DNA of 64,000 nucleotides, from positions 65,782,001-65,846,000 of the forward strand of contig OZ024741.1 in NCBI GenBank assembly GCA_964016885.1. Reading direction: 5' to 3'. The position numbers and the translations under genes were made by a program. This document shows, one piece after another, positions 27,806-38,801 of this stretch. The notes beneath the pieces are model-generated. The model saw only the letters and a list, made by a program, of their open reading frames with translations, made no database searches and was not told where the DNA came from. This DNA comes from Eledone cirrhosa. Its lineage: Eukaryota. Position 1 is the first letter of the stretch. Each line of letters opens with the position of its first letter.

Positions 27806-28630
27806 ACATCATCATCATCATCAGGTTTAGCGTCCGTGTTCCACGCTTGCATGGGTTTGGACGGGGGTTTTCCCACTTGAGGCAAGAGTGGTTGTCTTGC
27901 TCGCATAGGACTGTCTGGCGGGTTTTCTACAGTTGGATGCCCTTCCTAACACCAACCACATTTACAGTGTGGGGCTGGGAGGTTTTTACCGTGTTGCCTA
28001 CACGGCCACATTACAGCGTGAACTGTCTGGCAGGTTTTCTACAGCTGGATGCCCTTCCTAACACCAACCACATTTACAGTGTGGGGCTGGGAGGTTTTTA
28101 CCGTGTTGCCTACACGGCCACATTTACAGCGTGGACTGTGTGTTTTTTGTCGTGACACCTACACGATCTCATTTGTTTCGGCCTGGATGTTGTGGGACCA
28201 ACATAACTTTACATTGAAAGGGGCGGTGTGGGTGGGGTGGAGGTGGTGGGACGGGGGTGTGTTTTGATAGAGATGCCTACTGACTGTAGTAGGTTTTTAC
28301 TTTGTATTTAGGTAAGGCGGGTCTTCTCTATTACTGAGTACCGCCAAAGGTCTCGGTCCAGTGACATTGTCTTGGAGAGGTGTAAGCGTGTGAGGTCGGA
28401 ATTTATCAGCTCGTCCCATGTTTTTCTGGGTCTGCCTACTCCGTGGCTACCGTCTATCTTTATTGCCCTGCACTTTGTTATACAGCTGTCGTCTTTCATG
28501 CGCATCACGTGACCGTACCAACGTAGCCTTCTCTCGAGTAAACAACATCTGATCCCTCTTATTTCTAATTTTTGTACATATATATATATATGTACATATA
28601 TATATATATATGTATATATATATACATATG

Positions 28631-28691
<61 letters not shown>

Positions 28692-28720
28692 ACATATATA
28701 TACATACACATATATATATG

Positions 28721-28781
<61 letters not shown>

Positions 28782-29012
28782 ACATATATATACATATATA
28801 TATATATGTACATATATATACATACATATCTATATGTACATATATATACATACATATCTATATATGTACATATATATATACATACATATATATATATGTA
28901 CATATATATACATATATATATATATATGTACATATATATACATATATATATATATATGTATGTATATATATGTACATATATATATATATATATGCACATA
29001 TATATATATATG

Positions 29013-29043
<31 letters not shown>

Positions 29044-29074
29044 ACATATATATACATACATATATATATATATG

Positions 29075-29105
<31 letters not shown>

Positions 29106-32100
29106 ACATATATATACATACATATATATATATATATATGTACATATATATATATGTACATATATACACATACATATATATATATATGTATATGTACATA
29201 TATATACATATATATATATATGTACATATATATACATACATATACATATATATATATATATCATCATCATCATCATCAACGTTTAACGTCCGTGTGCCAC
29301 GTTTGCATGGGTTTGGACGGGGGTATTCCCACTTGAGGCAAGAGTGATTGTCTTGCTCGCATAGGACTGTCTGGCAGGTTTTCTACAGTTGGATGCCCTT
29401 CCTAACACCAACCACATTTACAGTATGTACATATATTACATATATGTACATATATATACATACATACACATATATATATATATGTACATATATATACATA
29501 CACATATATATATATGTACATATATATACATACACATATATATATATGTACATATATATACATACATATATATACATATTTACATATATATACATACATA
29601 TATATACATATGTACATATATATACATACATATATATACATGCACATACATATATATACATACATACATATACATACATATATATATATATACATATATA
29701 TACATACATATATATATATACATACTTATAATAGGATGAGCAAAGACAATAACCCATATAGACTCACTCACATGAACACATGTGTATGTAAGTGTATGAA
29801 CTAAGGTTATCCAGATTAAACTTACCCGCTGGAATTAGAAGCCAGCTTTGTCATCTTGCTACTGAGTCGGCTTAATCCCTTTGCATATGTTGTCTCTATG
29901 TCAGCTCTAGAATGAGAGAGAAAAAAGAAAGGTGAGATCACAATAATAATAATTTCTACTATAAGGACAAGGCCAGTAATTAGGGGGGGGGGGAGTCGAT
30001 TAAATCGACCCCAGTACGTCACTGGTGCTTTATTTTATTGACCCTGTAAGGATGAAAAGCAAAGTTAACCTCGGTGGGATTTGAGCCCAGAACGTAAAGG
30101 GCCGAAACTATGCTGCAAAACATGTCTGACACTCTATTGATACTGCCAATCTAAACTATAATAAAGGAAGGAGTGCGGGACTGCGTCCAGAATATCTTTT
30201 TTTATCCCGTTTGTAAAATAAGTTGGATTACTTTGAATAAATAAGGAATGAATATTACATAATTTATCTACTAAATTTCGTTATTCTTGATTAAATATAA
30301 ATACTATTGTTAATTATTTTAAGATTCACTTCTTCAAAATTTTCAAATGTCAACACTTCTGGTTAGCGATCGCTTAAATAAACATTTATATATTTCCGTC
30401 ACTAATTTTCTCCTAATGCAGTTTATATATAATATCGTCTTTTTTTAATGTATCATGGATTACGTTACTGATTACATAAGACAGTGTAACACAGTCTTCA
30501 TTCAATTTCTGTGTATATTGTCAATTACGATTTTATTTGATGTATATCTACATGCATATATACTTGCGTATAATATCAATATACACACTACACATGCTAG
30601 CAGTAGTGTATAATAATAATGGTTTCTGCTAGTGTATAATAATAATGGTTTCTTATATAGGCACATGGCCAGCAATTTGGAGATAGGGGGAAGTCAATTA
30701 AATCGAACCCAGTGTATTACTGGTGCTTTATTTTATCAACCTGGTCAGGATGAAAGGCAAAGCTAACTTCGGTGGGATTTGATCTCAGAACGTAAAGGGC
30801 CGTAACTCTATGCTGCAAAGCATGGTGTCCGACGCTCTACCGAAACTGCCAATTACTGATGTGACATAGAGCTCACATTAAGAAAAACATTGAAGATGGC
30901 AGAGGACAGCAGTGCATTTTCTGGGAATGTTACATGAGGCAGGGTTAGTAACCTATTCAGAGAGAAATATGTCATCAGCTATATGTCATGGAACTTAACG
31001 TTTAACAACTTGTAATGATTTAGTAGAAAATGTCTTAAAAAAAACAGGTTTGTTAATTAACATGTTTATAATATCTTGACAAAGTTGTTAGAACATTGGA
31101 CAGAATGGTTTACAGTATTTGTTGCATGCCTTTCTGCTCTGAGTTCAAACCTCACTAAGGTCAACTTTGTCCATCATTCTTTCAAGATCAATAAAAAAAA
31201 AAAGGTACCAGTTAAGTGCTGGGGTTGATTATTCCTCTATATCTCTTTCTCTCTCTCACCCTCCTCTAGAAGAAATCAGCTGTGTTCAGAACTAGAGAAG
31301 GGATGGGCTCTGCAAGGTTTAACCCTTTAGCATTTAAACTGGCTGTATCCAGCCAGAGTTTTCTCACCTCTTTCTGTTTAAACCGGCCGTAATTGCCTGC
31401 TCACACTTATGTTAACTCTTTAGCATTTACATTACTCTATATATACTATTGTATTTTCATGGTAAAGACTTTATCTCTTATAAAATCTCACACAATGTTG
31501 AATGTATAAGATTTTGATATTTACTTTGAGAACAATCACTTAACATCAGTACAAGTGACCAGTTACAGCCAGTTTGAACAGAAAGTGGAGAGAGAATTCT
31601 GGCCAGATATGGCTGGTTAAAATGGTATTGTTCTCAAAATAAATAATATCAAAATCTTGTAGATTTGATATTATGTGAGATAAAATGTTTACCATGAAAA
31701 ATAATAAATATTTTGTAATAATTTACTAATGAAAAGAAAATGTTTGTGAAAATGTGCAATATTCAAATAAGTACTTTTAATGTAATACAGTAATAATAAT
31801 TTCTTCAGTAGCCACACAGGGCTCACATTAAGGAAACATTAAAGATGGTACAGGACGATACAGTGTGGGGTTTTGTCCTGTATCATCTTTGTAATAGAGT
31901 AATAATACTGTTCTATACATTTAAAAATATTTTGCTAACATGATTCATGTGGTACAATGTGTTAAGAACTAAATAACTACCTTCTACCCCATACCAACGG
32001 CATGTTTACAAGGAATTAGATTTATGCTTAAGCCAACAGATATATTTTTTTATACACTAAATAATAATTATCATCATCATCATCATCATCATCATAAATA

Positions 32101-35100
32101 AATAAATCATTATCATCATCTGTTAGTCTTTCCACTCATTTTACATGTCCTGGCTGGCCAGCATGTCAGTCTAAAAGACACACCCAGGAACTGATACCAG
32201 TTTCACTTTAACCCTCTACCCAACCACATACCTTTATCCACCCTTTTCTTTCTTTCTTTTCCCAGGCTCTTTAAGATATATTTTCTTCTTTCTCTGTTCT
32301 TTTCCTTATCTCCTCCTCCTTTCAAATCCTTTGACCCAATCTTTCTCTTTTACCTTCTCCTCTCCCCACCCTGTTTTCCCCTTCTCTCTCTCCCCTTACA
32401 CATTCTCCACCTGCCTCATCTCTCTCCTTCCATCTTTGATTCCACCCTCAACTTCAAATCTCCCATCACTACCACAGCAATTTAGTTGTCACCCAACATC
32501 TATACACATTTATTTTCATTAATTTAAATTCTTTCAGGACCATGGATTGGCAAAGTTGTTAGAGCATCAGATGATAAAATACTTTGTAGTATTTGTTCTG
32601 AGTTCAAATCCCATCAAAGCCAACTTTGCCTTTCATCCTTCCAAGATCGATATACAGTGAAATTCTATTATAACGAAATTCATGGAGTATAAAAAAAATT
32701 CCTTGTAACGAAAAATTATTTATAACAAGATTGACTGAAACATACCGAGCTTGTGGCTGGGGATTGAAAAAATGTTGTTATACTGAAAAATTAGTCATAA
32801 TGGTATTCGTTATAACGGAATTTTACCTATAATAAAGTACCAGTCACAGATTAGGGTCAATTACATTGCCACACTCCCTTGCATACACACAAATTGTTGG
32901 CCTTCTGCCAAAATTAGAAATGATGATTTTCTCATTTTTTCATTGTTATATCACCACCACCACCACCACTACTATCACTATTCATCATCAACATCATTCA
33001 TAGGTCCACTTTTCATGCTAGTATGTGCTGGAAGGAATTTTTTAAGAATGTTTTACACCTATGTGCCCTTCCTGATGCCAACCCTGTTGCCTCATACAAC
33101 ATGGAGGGATACATTGTAACTTGTTCTGAAACTCAGGATATACAAAGCAGACTTCTACTAAACTAGAAACAGGAAAACAAACAAACAAGGATTATAGAAT
33201 TCCAAATGTTAACTTCTGGCTGCTATTTCTAGTTTTATTTTTTTCTTTGTGTAACCCAATTTCACTAAAAAGGCTTGAATTGACTTGATGCTATGGTAAA
33301 AGACACTTGCACAATACACTGTGCAGTACTATCCAACCCCAGTGTCATTAAAATATCATATAGAATGCATTGTGGTATTTATTCCATCTCTAAGCACTCT
33401 GAGTTCAAATCCCACCAAGGTTAACTTTGCTGGAATACTCAGTCATTTATACGTTTATTCAACAAAAAGCTAGTTCAGAGGATCAATCTATTTCTACAAG
33501 GTCAAGCAACCCTGTAGAGACTCCCTTGATGGCTCCTTTTTTTTATGTCTATAGAAAACCTGTCACACTCACTGTCCAACAGGGAGATCTCCCACCCACT
33601 TTGGGGTGGGTGAGAGATGTCTTCTCTTGTGAAAATGTATAGCTTTCACTATGTAAAATCTCCCCATTTTGGGGCACTCTTTTTCATGGTACTCCCTGTT
33701 TAGGATTTTAGAGGTTGGCAGGCCTGCTATAGTACTGTGTGTATCCTGGCATTTAGAATAGATACACTGTACCCTGTATGTCAAATGAGGTGATTATAAG
33801 GGTTGACATCAAGAAGGGCATCCAGCTGTAAAAAAATACTGTTTTAAAACAATCCGTCTAACCCATGCCAGTATGAAAATGTGGATGTAAAAATGATAAT
33901 GATGACATAGTTGTTAATGATATGCCATTCTTTCACTGTGGCCAACCCATCATAGCTGTAGCATTATGGTGGTATATATTCAGAATGTAGAACTCTATCA
34001 ACTAGCAACAACAAATCTATAGAGATAGATCAATCAAGAGAGTGTAATGTAGGAGTCATGGTACAGGGTGAGGAGTTGTGGAACTGAGAAGCAAATAGTC
34101 CTGAAGATGATCTACCACCACAAATAAATGTCAACTAGGGAGCCCCTACATGGTTACTCTACACACTAGAAATAGCAACCACATGATCTTGTGACCACAT
34201 ACCCTATTGTTGTTTTTTTTAAATGATACGCTGGATAGTGTAATCCTAGATACTCTATATCTTATTAACCCTTTCATTATAATTATTTTTTTAAAAAGGG
34301 CAGTATTAGTAGAGCGGCAGGCAACATGCTTTGCAGCATAGAGTTACGTCCCTTTGCATACTGAGTTCAAATCCCATCAAGGTTAGTTTTGCTATTCATC
34401 CTTATGAGGTTGATAAAATAAAACACTGGAGTCAATTTTAACCGACTTTCCCCTCTCCCCAAATTGCTGCCCTTGTGCCTAAAGTAGAAACCATTATATT
34501 TTTGTAAATGTTCTGCACTTTATTCAATATACAAAATCTCACAATGTCGTGACAGGCCATTGACATTATATAAAAATAATTGAGCAGTAACTGATAAGAA
34601 TAAAACATAACACTAAAGGGAACAGAAAAGGAAGAAGAAAGAAAATGAAAAGGAGAAAAACAAAGAAGGATCAAATGACGAAGGGGGGGGGGGGGGGGGC
34701 AGTCACTAGACCCCGGCCTGAGAAGTGCCTTAGGACAAAACAGCAAAAGTGTTACCGCAGAGACACCTGCTGCAACAGCCACCCCAACTCACTGGGCTCC
34801 CACCTCAAGTATTTCTCATGATATAAACTGTATTTCAATTAATGGAGAATTTTAAGTGATTGATTAAAATTATTAATTATTTCATTAGTGAAATAGTAAC
34901 TTAACATGCTTATTATATAAAATTATGCTAGAATATTTTAATTTAAATAAGTACCTTTTAAAATGGGTATTTTGTTTCAAAGGACCATGTGGACAATGAA
35001 AGGGTTAACAAAAACAACAACAATAGGATGGCCATGTCTAGAACACCTTTGATATTAGGTATATATATTCAGTATTGAAGTGGGGATTAAACAACTGTTG

Positions 35101-38100
35101 GAAAGCTGAATATCATCATCATCACCGCTGCTTAACGTCCATTTTCCATGCTAGCATGGGTTAGACAAGTTGTCCCATTGTGAGACAAGCCAGGACAGAT
35201 GACCATGTCTTGCTCATACAGAACTGATTTTGGCTTCGTTTCCACAGCTGGATACCCTTTCTAACACCAATCACATTTACAATGTGTAGACTAGGTGCGT
35301 TTTGTCGTGACACCTAAACGACCACTTTCAGTGTGGGCTGGGTGCTTTTTGTCATGATACCTACACAACCACTTTACAGTGTGAACTGGACGCTTTTTGT
35401 TGTGACACCTATACAACTACTTTATAGTGAGATGGGCGATTTTTGTCATGCTGCCATCAAGACCACTTTACAGTGTGTACTGGGTGTTTTTGTTGTGACA
35501 CCTACACAACCACTTTATAGTGTGGGCTGGGCACTTTTTCTTGTGACACCTACAAAACCATTTTACAATGTGTAAACTAGGTGCTTTTTGTTGTGACACC
35601 TATATGACCAAGTTACAATGTGGGCTGGATGCTTTTTGTCGGACACCAAAAATATCACTTTACAGTGTGGAATACCATGTTAAAATACTAAGTCAACTAT
35701 CCTTCCTCACCATTAACACTTTCATCCTTATCACTGTTTAATGCTTATGTGCCTTGCTTGCATGAGTTAATTGAGCTGTCACATTATGAGACTAGACAGG
35801 TCAGGTGACTGCATCTTGCTCATACGATCAATTTTTGGATTGGATTTGTAAGGCTTGATGCCATTCTTAAAACCAACAACCTCACAGGATGAAATACACA
35901 GTACCAGAATTAATTACTGAAGAATTTGGAGGGATTTACTCAAATCATTAATTATTCCATTATGAAGATGATATTTATAACATAACAAAAGATTCATCAT
36001 CATCATCATTGTTTTTACATCCATTTTTTCCCCCATCCTTGCCTGGATTAGACAGCACAATATCTCTCATTTGTCATCTCTGTGAGTCTTTGAGATCAGC
36101 TCTCACCAATTCTGCCCAGATCTTCCTTGGTCTACCTCTACTAGGGTTTCCTACCACTGGGATTTCCTGGCACTTCTTCTTACATTAAATTATGTTGGAA
36201 GGTATTAATGTGAATAAGAACCCTTTAAAATGTGTGGTTTAGTTTCATAGAATCAGAGGCAGTTTGCGGTAGGTTGGTATCAAAAGGGTTAACACAGATA
36301 CTCCAGCAAAAACACTATATATAAACATAGCTGTGATATGAAACTAAAGTATCATGAGAACCAGAGCTTGATATGCACTAAAATAAACTAAAATTATCTA
36401 ATGTGCAATGATTTACACACAGACAAAAAAAAAAACGGAATTAAAGAAAACTGAAGCAGGGATGGTTTATTTCTAATTTTGAACTTCATTTTAAAATAGT
36501 TGAATTGTGATAGAAGACTGAGTGAGAGAATATGGTGTCATTTGGTGTACATACACATACACACACCACATACATACATATACACACACCACATAAATAT
36601 ATAAATACACACATAGAGATACAGATACCCAAAAGAAACATAGAAAATAGAGAGAGAGAGAAAGTGAGAAAGAGAGTGTGATAGCAACACTAGTGGGAGA
36701 GAGTGTGATAGCAACACTAGTGGGAGAGAGAGGGAGAGTGTGTGATAGCAACACTAGAGTGAGATAGAGTGAGAGAAAGAGAGACAGAGATAGATAGTAC
36801 AAGGCAAATTATAATTAACAATTAAAAATAAGAAAGAAAACAAACTTGGAAAAGACAACTGCAACAACAACAAGCAGTATTTCAATAACAACAACAAAAG
36901 AAAACAAAACAATAAGCAAAATAAAACCAACAAAAAAATTCCAATAAAATGAACAAAAAAAAAAGCCCATTTATCTTTGGGAATCTGAAGAGACACTTGT
37001 GATTGTGTCCAGAGTAAAAGATTTTAATTAAGGAAAAAATAATAAAAATGAAAACAAAAGAAATATAATCAGCTAAATTAATGGGTGGAAAGCCTACATC
37101 ACTTAACCACTTCAGTCACACACAGACACAGACACACACACACTGTTATCTGCTAACAACAGGTGGTGTCTCCATAATTAAGATAAGCTGATGCATCACT
37201 ACTCCACAGAGAAGTTACATAACTACCACCACTACAACTAACTACATCAGCATGATACTGCCCCTAACCCCAACATCTACTTTCACCACCAGGCCTCAAA
37301 TGAATCTATAAGCTAAATGTTTTCAACCACTGTGCCATCCATGGTTTGTTGTTGCGCTATGAGTTTTTGAGGTGAGTTAAATAATGTCAGAATATTGAGA
37401 AAACCTGAGTGGTTTTAACCCTTTAGCATCTAAACCGGCCATATCCGCCCAGAATTCTCTCACCTCCTTCTGTTCAAACTAGCCATAACTAGCTGCTCAT
37501 ACTTATGTTAAGGTATTGTTCTTAAAATAGATAATATCAAAATCTCATGTGAGATAATTATGTGAAATAAAGCCTTTACCATGAAAATACAATAGTATAT
37601 ATAGAGTAATGTAAATAATACTAAAGGGTTAATGTACTAAGCAGATTGATGAATGTGTATTCCTTAGTGGTAAAGCTCAATGTGTTTACCCATCTCTGCT
37701 TTAAAATCATGTTAATACTAGTTTATAAGTGGGAATCAGTAATGGTATAGTGTACATTTGTAAATATGGGATTCCTTGTAATGTTCTTTTTTTGCCATAT
37801 ATGTTTTTTAATGTAAAACAAAATTATCATTAGATTCTCCAGCTGCTGTATCAATATGAATCATTTACAATAAAATTTCACCAAAAATAGATAAGTAAAA
37901 TTTAATAAGCGCTGAGAGGGGTAGTGGTGGGGCGATTATTCAAGACCTGAGAGTAAGTTGACACGAAAACAATGTAGGTGTATGTACAAACCCCCGGGTG
38001 TTCCAAACTAAAAACAAAATGTAATGATAACAAGATAGAATTAGTGAGCATTGCTTAATCAAAAGAGAAAAGTCTGTCCCCAGGACCTGTTGCTGTGACT

Positions 38101-38801
38101 CCCCGACTAGTGGAGAAAGGTGGAAAAAAACCCAAACTCACAGATCAAAAACATGAGGAAAATACTCACACCAAAGTGGATTCTGGAAAAGTAACTCAAA
38201 GCCACATGTAGTAATGTATGTTACAGTGGGGGTCTTCTCTTCTTTGCCCTCTTATCCCTGAGAGGGTTGTGGGGGCAGAGTCCTCAAACACTCCTTCCAG
38301 CAAGTCCTGTCAGAAGCAACCATCTCCAACTGATCCAGCTGGATCCCCAAGCGAGACCAGCCAAGCTCATGGATGTTATCCAACCATCTTGCTTGGGGTC
38401 TACCCCCGGGTCTCTTGCCAGTTTGTTTTGCCCGTAAAATCTGTCCAGTGATTTTTTTCCTGAGACATTCTAGCCACATGCCCATAGTATCAGAGCTGTT
38501 ATCTCTCAATTCGGAGAAGTAGCGGCTCAACCTGGAGTGACTCTATGATCTTTGAGTAGGGTGCCAGACAAAAACATCTACCACTTAAGAATAGACATTC
38601 AAGCTTTCATAGTTTGTCTCAGACTCCAAGATTTCATTTACAAGAAAAAGAATGGAATGTGTGTGTGGAGGGGGGGGGGGGGGATATATATAAAACAAAG
38701 CATGAAAATACTTACCTCTCTTGCATAATACTTGCCACATCTTTGGCAAACTCAGCCCCCTGCTTTACTATCTTCCGTAATTCTTCGAACCCATTCACCC
38801 C
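3134..38801 (-). CDS. NOSTRIN: NOSTRIN-like F-BAR (FCH) + HR1 protein, partial spliced gene (10 exons in window)
   Basis: Exons 38716-38801, 29826-29906, 18400-18462, 17387-17468, 14812-14874, 12718-12825, 9993-10109, 9009-9116, 3944-4063 and 3134-3242 all have AG/GT ends and compatible phases (937 nt). They read [46 protein letters not shown]...EEDRINKMQ...[42 protein letters not shown], matching the FCH signature and the nostrin HR1 start as I recall them. Orthology is not verified by search. Confidence 0.85.
3944..4063 (-). CDS. NOSTRIN: NOSTRIN-like exon: [40 protein letters not shown]
   Basis: ttatacttccag acceptor, gtaagt donor, 120 nt. Contains the F-BAR C-terminal VD...D..GTG motif. 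Confidence 0.85.
4114..4990 (+). mobile_element. Internally deleted Tc1/mariner-superfamily transposon, maT (DD37D) family
   Basis: TIRs cagggtgcggacgatatttgtt and aacaaatatcgtccacaccctg with TA on both sides. ORF 4378-4866 has WQQDSA...[12 protein letters not shown], with 37 residues between the 2nd and 3rd catalytic D. Confidence 0.9.
5787..6640 (-). mobile_element. Non-autonomous Helitron-like element with ~174-bp internal repeats
   Basis: Minus-strand 3' end: hairpin TACCCAG-gcaaca-CTGGGTA, 6 nt, then CTAG|T. Three diverged repeats start near 6185, 6359 and 6532. The 5' TC end was not located. Confidence 0.55.
7926..8116 (+). mobile_element. tRNA-derived SINE family B (representative copy)
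   Basis: Head ggcggtggattggcagtatcggtag...gagttcaaatcccgcc, body aactttacctttcatccttacggggtc...taccagt. Related copies near 3670, 7066, 29945, 30645, 32550, 34300, 52955, 53175, 54721, 55140 and 62885-63700. Confidence 0.8.
8546..8729. mobile_element. TcMar-type MITE
   Basis: TIRs ccatatatacttgaatataagccg and cggcctgcatttgagtatatatgg with TA flanks. A relative at about 10531-10875 is interrupted by a CR1 3' fragment (10555-10720). Confidence 0.65.
9009..9116 (-). CDS. NOSTRIN: NOSTRIN-like exon: [36 protein letters not shown]
   Basis: aaacag acceptor, gttagt donor, 108 nt. Contains the F-BAR Q..EE.RI motif. Confidence 0.85.
9993..10109 (-). CDS. NOSTRIN: NOSTRIN-like exon: [39 protein letters not shown]
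   Basis: ttcatcag acceptor, gtaaac donor, 117 nt. Confidence 0.85.
10209..10416. mobile_element. piggyBac-type MITE
   Basis: TTAA on both sides, TIRs ccctttagcattta and taaatgctaaaagg. Relatives at about 16815-17015, 31323-31720, 37419-37628 and 41073-41587. Confidence 0.75.
11685..11818. mobile_element. Small foldback/MITE-like element
   Basis: ~35-bp inverted repeats attgttactcaacacagttgcttgctacttaag and cttaggtaacaagcaactgtgttgagtaacatt. Superfamily unclear. Confidence 0.5.
12035..12662 (+). pseudogene. Decayed mariner transposase, interrupted by an RTE/SINE 3' tail (~12340-12555, -)
   Basis: Translates [32 protein letters not shown], then after the insert [33 protein letters not shown]. 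Both resemble mariner catalytic-domain motifs. Confidence 0.7.
12718..12825 (-). CDS. NOSTRIN: NOSTRIN-like exon: [36 protein letters not shown]
   Basis: ttttcag acceptor, gtaagt donor, 108 nt, coiled-coil-like peptide. Confidence 0.85.
14812..14874 (-). CDS. NOSTRIN: NOSTRIN-like exon: [21 protein letters not shown]
   Basis: cttcag acceptor, gtaagt donor, 63 nt, phase 0/0. Confidence 0.85.
15080..15350. mobile_element. hAT (Charlie-like) MITE
   Basis: TIRs cagaggtccccaacc and ggttggagaccactg; 8-bp TSD tcctaaac/ttctaaac. Confidence 0.8.
15889..15953. repeat. Perfect 31-bp inverted repeat with 3-nt loop
   Basis: acttttgaacaatagataagagtaggcttca-caa-tgaagcctactcttatctattgttcaaaagt. Confidence 0.95.
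17387..17468 (-). CDS. NOSTRIN: NOSTRIN-like exon: [27 protein letters not shown]
   Basis: ttcacag acceptor, gtaagt donor, 82 nt, phase 2/0. Confidence 0.85.
18400..18462 (-). CDS. NOSTRIN: NOSTRIN-like exon: [21 protein letters not shown]
   Basis: tttcag acceptor, gtaagt donor, 63 nt, phase 2/2. Confidence 0.85.
18985..21482 (-). mobile_element. 3' part of a Naiad-type Penelope-like element (end of endonuclease domain, long 3' region, terminal hammerhead)
   Basis: 21480 to 21265 reads [58 protein letters not shown] (W...PY...CxLC..E...LLN.KSE...C.H tail). A hammerhead and AATAAA lie at about 19005-19067. That the whole intervening stretch belongs to the element is inferred. Confidence 0.65.
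19006..19067 (-). ncRNA. Type I hammerhead ribozyme motif
   Basis: ttttatagct CTGATGA atcctacg gttaca cgtaaggaa GAAA cattgtt agccaataaaa. Core intact, stem II tcctacg/cgtaagga, stem I gct/agc with extension, cleavage triplet GUU. Confidence 0.65.
21483..24945 (+). mobile_element. 5'-truncated Naiad-type Penelope-like element with ~1-kb inverted terminal repeat
   Basis: 22678-23343 encodes [22 protein letters not shown]...[20 protein letters not shown]...LWDLK...W..(TAA)...CDLCIEE...LNLRN...CCRHR (GIY-YIG with Naiad-type Cys motifs). 21483-22677 is an inverted copy of 23837-24866. Confidence 0.8.
24750..24814 (+). ncRNA. Type I hammerhead motif in the Naiad terminal repeat (inverted copy at 21536-21600, -)
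   Basis: tattttgt CTGATGA aggtataccata atttaa tatggtatccct GAAA tatgt ATA atgaaata. 12-bp stem II with one mismatch, 8-bp stem I with G-U pairs, self-complementary ATATGTAT stem III. Confidence 0.6.
26451..26671 (-). mobile_element. tRNA-headed CORE-like SINE with a different tail from family A
   Basis: Minus strand ggcgtgtggcggagtggttagag...gagttcgattcc...gtccttgagcaagacactttatttcacg, followed by an unrelated 3' part. Confidence 0.7.
26872..27686 (+). mobile_element. RTE-clade LINE 3' end
   Basis: [11 protein letters not shown]...LHGSETW...MLRWM...[12 protein letters not shown]...[11 protein letters not shown], then a 3' UTR ending in (GAT)n. Confidence 0.9.
27807..28572 (-). mobile_element. 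RTE-clade LINE 3' end (second subfamily, tail-to-tail with the first)
   Basis: [29 protein letters not shown]...[11 protein letters not shown] plus UTR and (GAT)n. UTR-only copies at 25245-25406 (+) and 29261-29424 (-). Older RTE relics near 36060-36185, 38252-38530 and 41640-41880. Confidence 0.9.
29826..29906 (-). CDS. NOSTRIN: NOSTRIN-like exon: [27 protein letters not shown]
   Basis: Polypyrimidine + tag acceptor, gtaagt donor, 81 nt, phase 2/2. Contains the F-BAR E..YAKGL motif. Confidence 0.9.
32654..32828. mobile_element. Tigger-like MITE inserted in a family B SINE
   Basis: TIRs cagtgaaattctattataacgaa and ttcgttataacggaattttacct, with TA flanks. The SINE sequence resumes at aataaagtaccagt. 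Confidence 0.6.
35275..35670 (-). repeat. Diverged ~50-bp tandem repeats within an RTE-type 3' UTR
   Basis: About 8 units resembling gtgacacctacacaaccactttacagtgtgggctgggtgctttttgtc, next to the RTE/SINE tail at 35113-35275. Confidence 0.75.
38716..38801 (-). CDS. NOSTRIN: NOSTRIN-like exon: [29 protein letters not shown] (FCH start)
   Basis: tcttatcttgcag acceptor, gtaagt donor, 86 nt, phase 0/2. Confidence 0.9.

Larger units (their letters stand above)
24946..29730. repeat. Large (TA)n/(TACA)n compound microsatellite field containing retroposon inserts
   Basis: Seen directly; this is the source of the YI-repeat ORFs. Confidence 0.95.

Noticed and set aside
24673-29804. Long YI/YM/HI-rich ORFs (also 45150-47172)
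   Set aside because: Translations of (TA)n/(TACA)n microsatellites that happen to lack stop codons.
30150-30632. Second Helitron-like element (TC start, CTAG end)
   Set aside because: No convincing subterminal hairpin, and the host SINE does not resume after it.
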